Below the pieces are notes generated by a model that saw only the letters and a list, made by a program, of their open reading frames with translations, made no database searches and was not told the DNA's origin. Source: Fervidobacterium sp. (GTDB lineage: Bacteria; Thermotogota; Thermotogae; Thermotogales; Fervidobacteriaceae). From it: DNA of 64,000 nt. This document shows, piece by piece, positions 8,900 through 17,673 of this stretch. Position 1 is the first letter of the stretch. Each line of letters starts with the position of its first letter. The translations under genes and the position numbers were made by a program. Location: positions 71,647 to 135,646 of the forward strand of contig JBMFNR010000004.1 of NCBI GenBank assembly GCA_049970055.1, read 5' to 3'.

Positions 8900-10555
8900 G
8901 TGAAGATTGTGGACAGTAAAAGTTACAAAACACATGAAGGATTTGAAGATTTTGGTTTAAGCGAAGATATTTTACTTGCGATCCAAAAGAAAGGATATCA
9001 GTCCCCAACGCCGATACAAAGGCTTGTGATTCCAGCTGCACTTAACGGTGACAAAGATATAATCGCGCAAGCTCAAACAGGCACGGGAAAGACAGCAGCG
9101 TTTGGTATACCACTACTTGAAAGGATAGATTTCAGGGCAAGTAGAGATGTTAAGGCAATTGTTGTAACACCAACACGAGAGCTGGCCTTACAAATATACG
9201 AAGAACTGAAGAGTTTAAAGGGCCCAAAGAGAATAAGGGTTACAACCATATATGGTGGTCAATCAATGGAAAAACAATTAAAAGACCTTGAAAAAGGTGT
9301 AGATATTATCGTTGGTACCCCTGGAAGGATAATTGATCACTTAAATCGTGGAACTCTTGATCTTTCACATGTACAATACTTGATACTTGACGAAGCTGAC
9401 CGGATGCTTGATATGGGCTTTCTGGACGATGTACTTGAAATTATAAAGAAGACTCCCGGGACAAAACGAACGTTCCTTTTCTCAGCAACTATGCCGAAAG
9501 AAATTGTAGATATAGCAAAAAAGTTCATGAAAGAATATATTCATATATCTACCGTAAATGAGGAACTAACAACAGAAAACGCGGAGCAACTGTATTTTGA
9601 AGTCGATGAAAAAGATAAACTACCTTTACTTTGTAGAATTATTGATATGAATCCAGATTTTTACGGTGTTATCTTTTGTCAAACAAAGCTAGAGGTAGAT
9701 GAAATCGCAAAGAAGTTGGCAGATCTTGGGTATAGTGTCGATGGTTTACATGGTGATTATTCACAATATCAGCGCGAGAGAATACTTGACAAGTTTAGAA
9801 AAAAACAATTGAAAATATTAGTTACAACGGATGTTGCGGCTAGAGGAATAGACATAGAGGGTCTAACACACGTTATTAATTACTCTGTACCTAGGGATCC
9901 GGAATACTATGTACATAGGATCGGTAGAACCGGCAGAGCAGGTAGGAAAGGATTTGCAATAACATTCGTTACCAAGGACGATTACTTCCATTTTGCAAGA
10001 GTCAAACGATTTGCAAAAGCAAAGATTGCTAAAGAATCTGTACCGAAAGTTGAGGATATACTGAACAAACAACTCGAAAAAATAGTTGAAGATATTAAAA
10101 CCTCAAAAGTATCTAATGAGCTTTACAGGCAGGTAGCTCAACAATTGATCGATGAAGTAGGCCCAACAGAAGCTGTTGAAATGCTTTTACATACGATTCT
10201 TAAGCAGAAAGTTGATGTTTCAAGATATGGGGATGTGAGTTCTAAGGATTTTTCAAAAAGTAGATCCGGTCAATTTAGTCGATCAAATGAAAATATCAGG
10301 CTATTTGTAAATATGGGAAGTTCAAAAGGGTTGGACAAGAAGAAATTAGTAGATTTCATTTCAGAAAAGACTGGTGTTGAAAAATCTAACATCAATAACG
10401 TGAAAATCTTTGAAAATTACTCATTTATCGATGTTAACGAATTGGATGCTGAGATAATACTAAGAACTTTAAACGCGAGAAAAGATCGTAATAGACGTTC
10501 AAGACCTTTGGTTGAAAGAGCCAGAGAAAAAAGTGAAATAAAAGATAAAAGATAA
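8900..10555 (+). CDS. DEAD-box RNA helicase (DeaD/CshA-like) with C-terminal DbpA-type RNA-binding domain
   Basis: Q motif, AQTGTGKT, PTRELA, DEAD, SAT, HRIGRTGR; RLFVNMG C-terminal domain. Confidence 0.95.
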   Translation: MKIVDSKSYKTHEGFEDFGLSEDILLAIQKKGYQSPTPIQRLVIPAALNGDKDIIAQAQTGTGKTAAFGIPLLERIDFRASRDVKAIVVTPTRELALQIYEELKSLKGPKRIRVTTIYGGQSMEKQLKDLEKGVDIIVGTPGRIIDHLNRGTLDLSHVQYLILDEADRMLDMGFLDDVLEIIKKTPGTKRTFLFSATMPKEIVDIAKKFMKEYIHISTVNEELTTENAEQLYFEVDEKDKLPLLCRIIDMNPDFYGVIFCQTKLEVDEIAKKLADLGYSVDGLHGDYSQYQRERILDKFRKKQLKILVTTDVAARGIDIEGLTHVINYSVPRDPEYYVHRIGRTGRAGRKGFAITFVTKDDYFHFARVKRFAKAKIAKESVPKVEDILNKQLEKIVEDIKTSKVSNELYRQVAQQLIDEVGPTEAVEMLLHTILKQKVDVSRYGDVSSKDFSKSRSGQFSRSNENIRLFVNMGSSKGLDKKKLVDFISEKTGVEKSNINNVKIFENYSFIDVNELDAEIILRTLNARKDRNRRSRPLVERAREKSEIKDKR

Positions 10556-10583
10556 AAAACGCTGGGATTTCCCAGCGTTTTTT
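10554..10583. terminator. Bidirectional intrinsic terminator
   Basis: aaaaaacgctggga-tt-tcccagcgtttttt between convergent genes. Confidence 0.85.
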
Positions 10584-10597
10584 TCCTCAGATTTTTA

Positions 10598-11284
10598 TTA
10601 GATTTCTATACTTTCACCCGGGTTCATAATCAAACACTTAACACCAATTTTTTCTGCCCCTTTTTTGAACTTTTCATCGTCCGCTTTGATTATCTCCCAT
10701 GTATTGTAATGCATTGGAACAACTATCTTGGGTTTTATCATCTCTAGAGCAATCAAAGCGTCCTCCACATCCATCACAAAATTCCCTCCGATAGGCATAA
10801 ACGCAAGATCAATATCCTTCAACAGCTCAAATTCCTTCGTAAGTCCTGTGTCCCCAGCGTGATAAATAACTTTCCCCTCAGATTTTATGAGGAAACCGCA
10901 AGGATTTCCACCGTATATAACACTATCGCCGTCGTGAATACCAGAACCATGTACGGCTGGTGTTAATTTTACCTTGCCAAATTCGAAATAATAAACCCCA
11001 CCAACATGCATCGGGTGAACTTTGCAACCTTTCATCTGTAGATAATTGCATATCTCAAAATTTGAGATTACGGTAGAGTTGTAATTTTTACATAGTTCGA
11101 CAGTATCTCCAATATGGTCACCGTGTCCGTGAGTTACCAAAATATAATCGATCTTCGGCAATTCAAAGTTTTTTGGATATGCTGGATTCCCTGTAATAAA
11201 TGGGTCAATTATCACATTGTACTTATCCTCAATATCGCTTATCAAAACAGCAGCATGTCCAAGAAATGTAACCTTCACGATCAT
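10598..11284 (-). CDS. UPF0173 metallo-beta-lactamase-fold hydrolase
   Basis: [43 protein letters not shown]. Confidence 0.9.
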   Translation of the reverse strand: MIVKVTFLGHAAVLISDIEDKYNVIIDPFITGNPAYPKNFELPKIDYILVTHGHGDHIGDTVELCKNYNSTVISNFEICNYLQMKGCKVHPMHVGGVYYFEFGKVKLTPAVHGSGIHDGDSVIYGGNPCGFLIKSEGKVIYHAGDTGLTKEFELLKDIDLAFMPIGGNFVMDVEDALIALEMIKPKIVVPMHYNTWEIIKADDEKFKKGAEKIGVKCLIMNPGESIEI

Positions 11285-11313
11285 CCCCTCCCTTACACGT
11301 TAATTATTCACGA

Positions 11314-11763
11314 TTACTCGAATAGAACTTTCTTGATTTTTTTAGGCTCAAGCCTGAATTTCGAACCTTTTCCTTGGAGAAAATGATGTGCTGCAAGCAA
11401 GTGAATCGAAAGCTCACTGTACATTATTTCTTCGTTGTTGATGAGATTTCGTACAACAGCAACCCTTTTTCTAAATATCCCATCTTGGAATGGACAGGGC
11501 AGAAATCCTCTTGCTTCGTCCACTTTGACTTCCCATTTATCATATCTTATCGCTTCCCCAAAACCTTTTAATCCTTCTTTCATTATTTTCCTCATTAATT
11601 TTGCAACTTCAACGAAATCCAGATCGAGGAACTGAAATTCTTCTTCATCCGCTTCTATTATATCGACTATATTTCTGTCGTCATCACCCAAAAAACCATC
11701 AGCAGTTATTTTACCAGGTCTCATATTTTCTTGTGCTTTTATGTACTTGGGTGTCATTTTCAT
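11314..11763 (-). CDS. Hypothetical soluble protein, last gene of the nqr-like operon
   Basis: 149-aa ORF with ggggga SD; GFLPCPF and HLLAAHHFLQG motifs. Confidence 0.75.
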   Translation of the reverse strand: MKMTPKYIKAQENMRPGKITADGFLGDDDRNIVDIIEADEEEFQFLDLDFVEVAKLMRKIMKEGLKGFGEAIRYDKWEVKVDEARGFLPCPFQDGIFRKRVAVVRNLINNEEIMYSELSIHLLAAHHFLQGKGSKFRLEPKKIKKVLFE

Positions 11764-11796
11764 ATTTATCCCCCCTTTTCAGTGCGTTTTAAAAAA

Positions 11797-12906
11797 TCAT
11801 GCAAACTTATCGTAGTACACATCCGTAATTCCAAATTTACCAAACACCTGTATACATGCATTTATCATACCTGGACTTCCACACAGGTATCCTTCCTTTG
11901 TTGTATCTTTTGGAAGCACGTTTTCCAAGTACTTTTCGAGAACATTTGTGATAAGTCCAGTTTCCCCATCCCAGTTATCTTCTGGGAGAGGGTCGGAAAG
12001 TGCAGGGATAAAATGGAAATTCGGCCATTTCTTCTCTATTTCTCTGAAAAGATCAACGTAGTACAAATCTCTTTTACTTCTTGCACCGAAGAAATACCAC
12101 ACATTCCTGTTAGTAATACCACGTTCCAACATATCAAGGATTATAGATTTTATTGGTGCCATTCCACTACCACCGGCAACCATAATCATATCTGCATTTG
12201 TATCGCGCACATAAAAATCACCAAATGGTCCCACAACTTCTACTACCTCTCCTTCTTTCATATATCTATGAACATAAGTTGTTGCAATACCACCAGGTAC
12301 AAGTCTTATAAGTAATTCTATATGATTTTTGTCACTTGGCTTTGATGAGATCGAGTATGCTCTTTGAGTTGGTTCTTTTATATTTTCGTACGGTGGAACA
12401 ACGAGTTGAATGTATTGTCCGGCTTTAAAACTTATTTCCTCTGGTTCTACAAGGCGAATGCGTAATTCTTTTATATCATACGTTACATCTTTCAAGCTCT
12501 CCACTACACCTTTAAATTTCTTGATGTTGAACAACTCTTCTGGTAAATAAATCTTAAGAGGTTTCTTAACTTTTATTTGGCAAGAAAGTCTGATATTCTC
12601 TTGAATTTCCTCTTTTGACATGTATGGCAATTCCGTTGGCAGGTGTGGTCCAACATCTGATAACACCTTTACTTTACAGGCCCCACAACTCCCTCTTCCA
12701 CCACAAGCGGATGGAACAAAAATTCCTTGCATACTTAACGTCTGAAGCAGCGGTGATCCACCTTTGACTTTAAGTACTTTCTTACCGTCGTTTATGTCAA
12801 TATCAACTTCCCCGTAATTATTAACAATTCCATCCAAAATTGCTATAATAAATGCCAATCCACCACTTACTAGAGAAACTACCAACGGTGCAAGAAATAT
12901 TCCCAT
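11797..12906 (-). CDS. nqrF: NqrF-like NADH-oxidising subunit (TM + 2Fe-2S + FAD/NAD FNR domain)
   Basis: SACGGRGSCGAC...RLSCQ, RAYSISS, AGGSGMAP, YLCG. Confidence 0.85.
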   Translation of the reverse strand: MGIFLAPLVVSLVSGGLAFIIAILDGIVNNYGEVDIDINDGKKVLKVKGGSPLLQTLSMQGIFVPSACGGRGSCGACKVKVLSDVGPHLPTELPYMSKEEIQENIRLSCQIKVKKPLKIYLPEELFNIKKFKGVVESLKDVTYDIKELRIRLVEPEEISFKAGQYIQLVVPPYENIKEPTQRAYSISSKPSDKNHIELLIRLVPGGIATTYVHRYMKEGEVVEVVGPFGDFYVRDTNADMIMVAGGSGMAPIKSIILDMLERGITNRNVWYFFGARSKRDLYYVDLFREIEKKWPNFHFIPALSDPLPEDNWDGETGLITNVLEKYLENVLPKDTTKEGYLCGSPGMINACIQVFGKFGITDVYYDKFA

Positions 12907-12936
12907 CGCATCATCACCTCGTGTGTTCAGCTTAAT

Positions 12937-13530
12937 TTATTGTACTCTTATCATTCCTGCGAAACCTATGAATGCCATTGCCATTATGCCTATCGTAATA
13001 AGTGTTATTCCAATTCCTTTTAGTGGAGCGGGAACAGGTGCACTTTCCGTTTTCTTTCTGATTGCCGCAAGTAAGACAATAGCAAGCCACCAGCCCATAC
13101 CACTACCAAGACCAAAGAAAATGGCTTGCACGAATGAATAATTCCGAAGTTGCATAAATAAAGCTACGCCAAGAATTGCACAGTTGACAGTTATCAGTGG
13201 AAGAAATATACCAAGTACCATGTACAAGTTAGGAGATACCCTGTCGATAATCATTTCAAGTACTTGAACAACAGCTGCGATAATTATTATATAGAGTATA
13301 TATCTCAGATATCCTAAATCGAGAGGTGTTATTAGGTACTTCTCTATAATCCAATTTATTGCTGCTGTGATTGTCATTACAAGTGTTACTGCAAGTCCAA
13401 GCCCATTTGATGATTTTATATCCTTAGAGATGGATATAAAAGAGCACATTCCAAGAAAGTTTGTGAGTAGTATATTGCTTGTTAATATAGATGCAAAGAA
13501 GAGTACAAAGGGATTTATATCGGGTACCAT
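12937..13530 (-). CDS. nqrE: NqrE/RnfA family membrane subunit
   Basis: FLGMCSF, LPLITVNCAILG. Confidence 0.85.
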   Translation of the reverse strand: MVPDINPFVLFFASILTSNILLTNFLGMCSFISISKDIKSSNGLGLAVTLVMTITAAINWIIEKYLITPLDLGYLRYILYIIIIAAVVQVLEMIIDRVSPNLYMVLGIFLPLITVNCAILGVALFMQLRNYSFVQAIFFGLGSGMGWWLAIVLLAAIRKKTESAPVPAPLKGIGITLITIGIMAMAFIGFAGMIRVQ

Positions 13531-13555
13531 GCTATTTCACCTCCAAACTGGGTTT

Positions 13556-14170
13556 TCATGCCTTTGTATCTTTCTTCATCTGGAAACCTCTTACAATCCA
13601 AATGAAAGATGCAAGAACAAAGAATGCACTTGGGGGCATGACCATAATAGTCCATGCAGGAACTGAAGTTGGTAAGACCCTAAAACCCAAGATCGTACCG
13701 AAACCGAGAAGTTCTCTAAAAAATGCTACAACGACCAAGACTAGCATATATCCCAATCCTGCGGTAAACCCATCCCAAAAAGAGATAACGGGCTTATTTG
13801 CTTGAGCAAAAGCTTCTGCACGCCCCATTATGATACAGTTTGTTATTATAAGTCCAACGTACGGTCCAAGTGCCTTACTAACATCTGGAACGTAGGCACG
13901 CAAAATGATATCTACGATAATGACGTAAAATGAAATGACAAGTACCTGGGTAATCATTCTAACTTTTCTTGGAATTACGTTCCTCAAAGCAGAAATCGTA
14001 AAATTGGAAAGTGCAGTTACGAGTGTCACACCTACCGTCATTATCAATGTGTTTCTAAGATTGTTTGTAACAGCCAACGTAGAGCATATGCCCAGTATTT
14101 GAACAATCACAGGATTTTCTAGCCAAAGATTGTTTTTCCATATCTTCTTGTAATCAGAAGTGTTACTCAT
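13556..14170 (-). CDS. nqrD: NqrD/RnfE family membrane subunit
   Basis: LGICSTLAVT, GLIITNCIIMGRAEAFA. Confidence 0.85.
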   Translation of the reverse strand: MSNTSDYKKIWKNNLWLENPVIVQILGICSTLAVTNNLRNTLIMTVGVTLVTALSNFTISALRNVIPRKVRMITQVLVISFYVIIVDIILRAYVPDVSKALGPYVGLIITNCIIMGRAEAFAQANKPVISFWDGFTAGLGYMLVLVVVAFFRELLGFGTILGFRVLPTSVPAWTIMVMPPSAFFVLASFIWIVRGFQMKKDTKA

Positions 14171-14171
14171 A

Positions 14172-14780
14172 TCACTTCACCCCCACTAACTGTTTTAAAA
14201 CCGGTACGTATGTTTGTATTATTTTTTCTATCGATTTCGACGTGAGAGTAGCCCCCGTTATTGCATCGACCATACCGTCGTCCTTTGAATTTGGTACCTT
14301 TGTTGTGGAAACAATAATTTTGTTGTCCTTTATTGCTTCCGCCCTAAACTGGTCTTTAAACCAACTTTCTTCAATGCGTCCTCCCAAACCTGGTGTTTCA
14401 CTTTGAGAGATAAAGTCAATCCCAATAACCCTCGAAACATCACTATTCACGGCGAGAATTCCTGAAATATTTCCCCACAGACCACTACCGTTGAAAAGTA
14501 TTCCATAAACGTCCTCATTATTTACTTTAGCTTTGTAAAATTCATAGTCACCCTTTTTCTCCACAGACACATACTCTTTGAACTTTGTGATTGCTTCTTC
14601 ATCTGTTGTATGGGGAATCCCAAAAGCGTTCAAGACTGCTCTGATTTTGAATATTTCTTGGTTTTTCTTCACCATACTTGATGTCATGGTGTTGAGTAAG
14701 GATAGTACAAAAACGAATACGAAGGTAATCACTAGCGTAAATACAATCGTGTAAAGTTTGCTTTCTCTATCTAACTTCAT
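14172..14780 (-). CDS. nqrC: NqrC/RnfG family covalent-FMN subunit
   Basis: GSGLWG, ETPGLGGRI, DAITGATLTS flavinylation motif. Confidence 0.85.
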   Translation of the reverse strand: MKLDRESKLYTIVFTLVITFVFVFVLSLLNTMTSSMVKKNQEIFKIRAVLNAFGIPHTTDEEAITKFKEYVSVEKKGDYEFYKAKVNNEDVYGILFNGSGLWGNISGILAVNSDVSRVIGIDFISQSETPGLGGRIEESWFKDQFRAEAIKDNKIIVSTTKVPNSKDDGMVDAITGATLTSKSIEKIIQTYVPVLKQLVGVK

Positions 14781-15715
14781 GCTTCCACCTTCTTCACGGT
14801 ATTTTTTGCAGCAGAAGGTTTCTTTTTGTCTGAAATAAGTTCATCCAACAGTGGTGCGAAAAGATTACCCATGAGTATTGCAAAACTCCAGCCTTCTGAA
14901 AAGAGTGAAAAAGTCCTAATAACAACCCCCGTGACACCTATTATAACCCCATAAATCCACTGCGATCGGCCTTTTTTTGGTGCTGTAATGGGTTCTGTTG
15001 CCATGAAAACTGATACGAAAACCAAGCTCCCAGAAAGCAAGGCAGGCAACGTGGGAAGTGCTTTGGGGACATTTAGTACGTCAAGTATAAAAGTTAAAAG
15101 TGCTGCCGAAATGTACGTGGAAACCATAAGTCGCCAGCTTGCCGTTTTCGACAATATCAAATAAATTGCAGCAGCAATGATTATTAGTATAGGGGCTTCG
15201 CCAAGAGTTCCAGCCCTCCAACCAACTAATAGATTACCGATACTAACACTTTCACCTTGTCTCATTAACACAAGAGGTGTTGCTGAAGTCATTGCATCTA
15301 AACCCAAAATCGAAGGTTTAACCCACCCCATTGTCATGTAATTTGGGAACGTAATGTAAACAAATAACCTTCCAACGATGGCTGGATTAAAAACGTTCCT
15401 ACCGAAACCTCCATAGACTTCTTTACCAAACGCAATACCAAATGCTATTCCTATCATTGCAACCCAAAATGGAACGTTTGGTGGTAGTGAAAGTAAGAAC
15501 AACATACAACTCACAAGCACAGCCTCAGTTACTGGTTTTTTTCTTTGTTTCTCGAAAAGATATTCAACAAAAATTCCAGTTACAAAAACCCATATTCCAA
15601 GCCAAATGGCACGAATACCGTAGGCAAGCACTGAAAATGCGTACACAAAAAGCAAAACCCATAACATTTTCCTCATCATGGGTTGCTTTTGAAAGAATTT
15701 TGAGATCCTATCCAT
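14777..15715 (-). CDS. nqrB: NqrB/RnfD family subunit (short form)
   Basis: KEVYGGFGRNVFNPA, DAMTSATPL (FMN-Thr), FMATEPITAP. Confidence 0.85.
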   Translation of the reverse strand: MDRISKFFQKQPMMRKMLWVLLFVYAFSVLAYGIRAIWLGIWVFVTGIFVEYLFEKQRKKPVTEAVLVSCMLFLLSLPPNVPFWVAMIGIAFGIAFGKEVYGGFGRNVFNPAIVGRLFVYITFPNYMTMGWVKPSILGLDAMTSATPLVLMRQGESVSIGNLLVGWRAGTLGEAPILIIIAAAIYLILSKTASWRLMVSTYISAALLTFILDVLNVPKALPTLPALLSGSLVFVSVFMATEPITAPKKGRSQWIYGVIIGVTGVVIRTFSLFSEGWSFAILMGNLFAPLLDELISDKKKPSAAKNTVKKVEA

Positions 15716-15808
15716 GCCTCATCCTCCCCTCACACAATTTCAACAAGCATTTTAATTATACCTCGTACATTATTATATCACGTTTGCCTTAAATTTTCCA
15801 AACTAAAG

Positions 15809-15838
15809 AAAATCCCCCGTATTTTCCGGGGAATTTTT
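15809..15838 (-). terminator. Possible terminator after the sugar ABC operon
   Basis: Imperfect aaaatccccc...ggggaatttt inverted repeat. Confidence 0.45.
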
Positions 15839-15878
15839 GAGATTAAAAATATTTAATGAGAATATGATATTATCTTTT

Positions 15879-16721
15879 TCAACCCTTTACGCTACCCATT
15901 GTAAGTCCTTGGATGAAGTATTTTTGGAACAGTATAAACACGATGATAGGAACAATAGCAGCTATTAGAGATCCTGCGGCAATTATGTTCCAACTAGTGA
16001 TCCATTGTCCCTGCAAAGATGTTAAGCCTATTGTAACGGTCTTTTTTGCATCGCTTTGTAATAATATCAGGGACCAAAGATAATCATTCCAAATCCAGGT
16101 GAACTCTAGAATAGCGAGTGCGGCAATAGCAGGTTTAAGAAGTGGAAGAATAATTCTCCAGTAAATTGTAAAATCATTTGCACCATCTATTTTAGCGGCT
16201 TCAAACAAACTTGTTGGGATGGTTACCATGAAATTTCTCAAAAAGAACGTGCAAAAACCAATTTGGAAAGCTATGTGAAATAATATTACACCAGTAAGTG
16301 TATCGTACAACCCAGTTTTGAATGAAAACGCGTAAACGGGTATAAGCAACATTTGAAAGGGGATCAACATGCCAGTTACGAAAAGAATAATTAGGAATTT
16401 TTTAAGTTTAAATTCGTACCAAGAAAGAGCAAATGCCGAAAGACTTGATAAAAACAAAGCGCCGAGAGTAGAAATAGTAGCAACAAATAATGTATTAGCA
16501 AAATATCTTGCCATGTGACTCTCAATCCAAGCAATTTTGAAGTTTTCAAAGTGCCATTTTGTTGGAGGAGTTAGCACGTTTGGATTCATGAAAATATCAT
16601 CCATACTCTTAAAAGATGTAAATAAAGTTATCACAAAAGGAGTCATCCAAACTGTAACTATAATAGTAGATAGTATGTAAAAGCTAAAAGCCTTAGCAAT
16701 TTTGTGTTTTTTGATATTCAT
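15879..16721 (-). CDS. Carbohydrate ABC transporter permease (MalG-like)
   Basis: EAAKIDGA loop, WNDYLW. Confidence 0.92.
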   Translation of the reverse strand: MNIKKHKIAKAFSFYILSTIIVTVWMTPFVITLFTSFKSMDDIFMNPNVLTPPTKWHFENFKIAWIESHMARYFANTLFVATISTLGALFLSSLSAFALSWYEFKLKKFLIILFVTGMLIPFQMLLIPVYAFSFKTGLYDTLTGVILFHIAFQIGFCTFFLRNFMVTIPTSLFEAAKIDGANDFTIYWRIILPLLKPAIAALAILEFTWIWNDYLWSLILLQSDAKKTVTIGLTSLQGQWITSWNIIAAGSLIAAIVPIIVFILFQKYFIQGLTMGSVKG

Positions 16722-17593
16722 TCTCTTTCCTCCTTTTTTAGGACGTTAATTAGATAAGATATAATGAAAGTAAGAGTTATCATAAACTGAACAACGGCTA
16801 TCGCAGATCCGTAACCCATTCTGTAGTTATTGAACGCTTGGACATACATGTAATTTGCCATTACGCTTGACGAATAGAACGGGCCCCCTCGTGTCATAAC
16901 AAAAACTATATCAAATGCTCTCAACGAGTCTATTATGTTCACAGTGAGCGCAACTACCATAGCAGGTTTCAACTCGGGCAATATCACATACCAAAATCTT
17001 TGTAATGAGTTAGCTCCATCAATGTAAGCGGCTTCCATATGTTCATTTGAAACACCTTGTAATCCAGCAAGGAATAATATCATCGCATAAGCAATTTGTC
17101 GCCAAAGCGCTGCTGTGATGATTGAAAATGTTACTATGTTTGGGTCACTTAACCAAGGTTTTGCAAGATTTCCGAAACCAACTGTTTTTAGAAACATATT
17201 TAAGGCTCCATTACGTGGTTCTAATATCCAAGACCAAATCTGGCCAATAACAACAAATGATAATGTCATTGGTAGGTAAACGAGCGATTTATATATCTTG
17301 TGCCCGAGATATTTCTGATCCATAAGCATAGCAAACCCAAGCCCTAAAGGTATAGAGATAAGAACAAATCCAATCATCCAATATACGTTGTTTTTCAAAG
17401 ATAGTAAAAAATAGTGATCCTGAAAAAGTTCTTTGTAATTTTCAAAGCCAACAAAATCGAATTTTGGGGATATGCTATCCCAATTTGTGAAACTATAAAA
17501 AAACGTCTGGAAGATTGGGATTATAACCCAGACAACGTAAAAAACCAAAGGAATAGATAAAAAAGCATAAGGTATCCACCATTTCCTTTTCAT
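16718..17593 (-). CDS. Carbohydrate ABC transporter permease (MalF-like)
   Basis: EAAYIDGA, LRAFD, TRGGP; aggagg SD precedes ATG at 17593. Confidence 0.92.
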   Translation of the reverse strand: MKRKWWIPYAFLSIPLVFYVVWVIIPIFQTFFYSFTNWDSISPKFDFVGFENYKELFQDHYFLLSLKNNVYWMIGFVLISIPLGLGFAMLMDQKYLGHKIYKSLVYLPMTLSFVVIGQIWSWILEPRNGALNMFLKTVGFGNLAKPWLSDPNIVTFSIITAALWRQIAYAMILFLAGLQGVSNEHMEAAYIDGANSLQRFWYVILPELKPAMVVALTVNIIDSLRAFDIVFVMTRGGPFYSSSVMANYMYVQAFNNYRMGYGSAIAVVQFMITLTFIISYLINVLKKEERE

Positions 17594-17629
17594 TGTGATG
17601 CCTCCTAAAATTTTATTACTATTTACTAC

Positions 17630-17665
17630 TTTTGAGCAAAGCCCGGGGTCCCCCGGGCTCAAAAG
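17630..17665 (-). other. GC-rich intercistronic hairpin between the binding-protein and permease genes
   Basis: gcccggg(g)-tc-(c)cccgggc core flanked by ttttgag/ctcaaaag; typical mRNA-stabilising or attenuating element. Confidence 0.6.
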
Positions 17666-17673
17666 TGAAGAGA

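Noticed and set aside
8781..9041. Minus-strand 86-aa ORF over the helicase leader
   Set aside because: Antisense to the helicase start, no recognisable motif, and the region is better explained as a structured UTR.
11731..12315. 194-aa plus-strand ORF and the many other short antisense or shadow ORFs in the track
   Set aside because: They lie opposite or inside well-supported genes, lack SD sequences and show no family motifs.
17594..17662. N-terminal extension of the permease in the ORF track
   Set aside because: It runs through the intercistronic hairpin; the strong SD supports ATG 17593.
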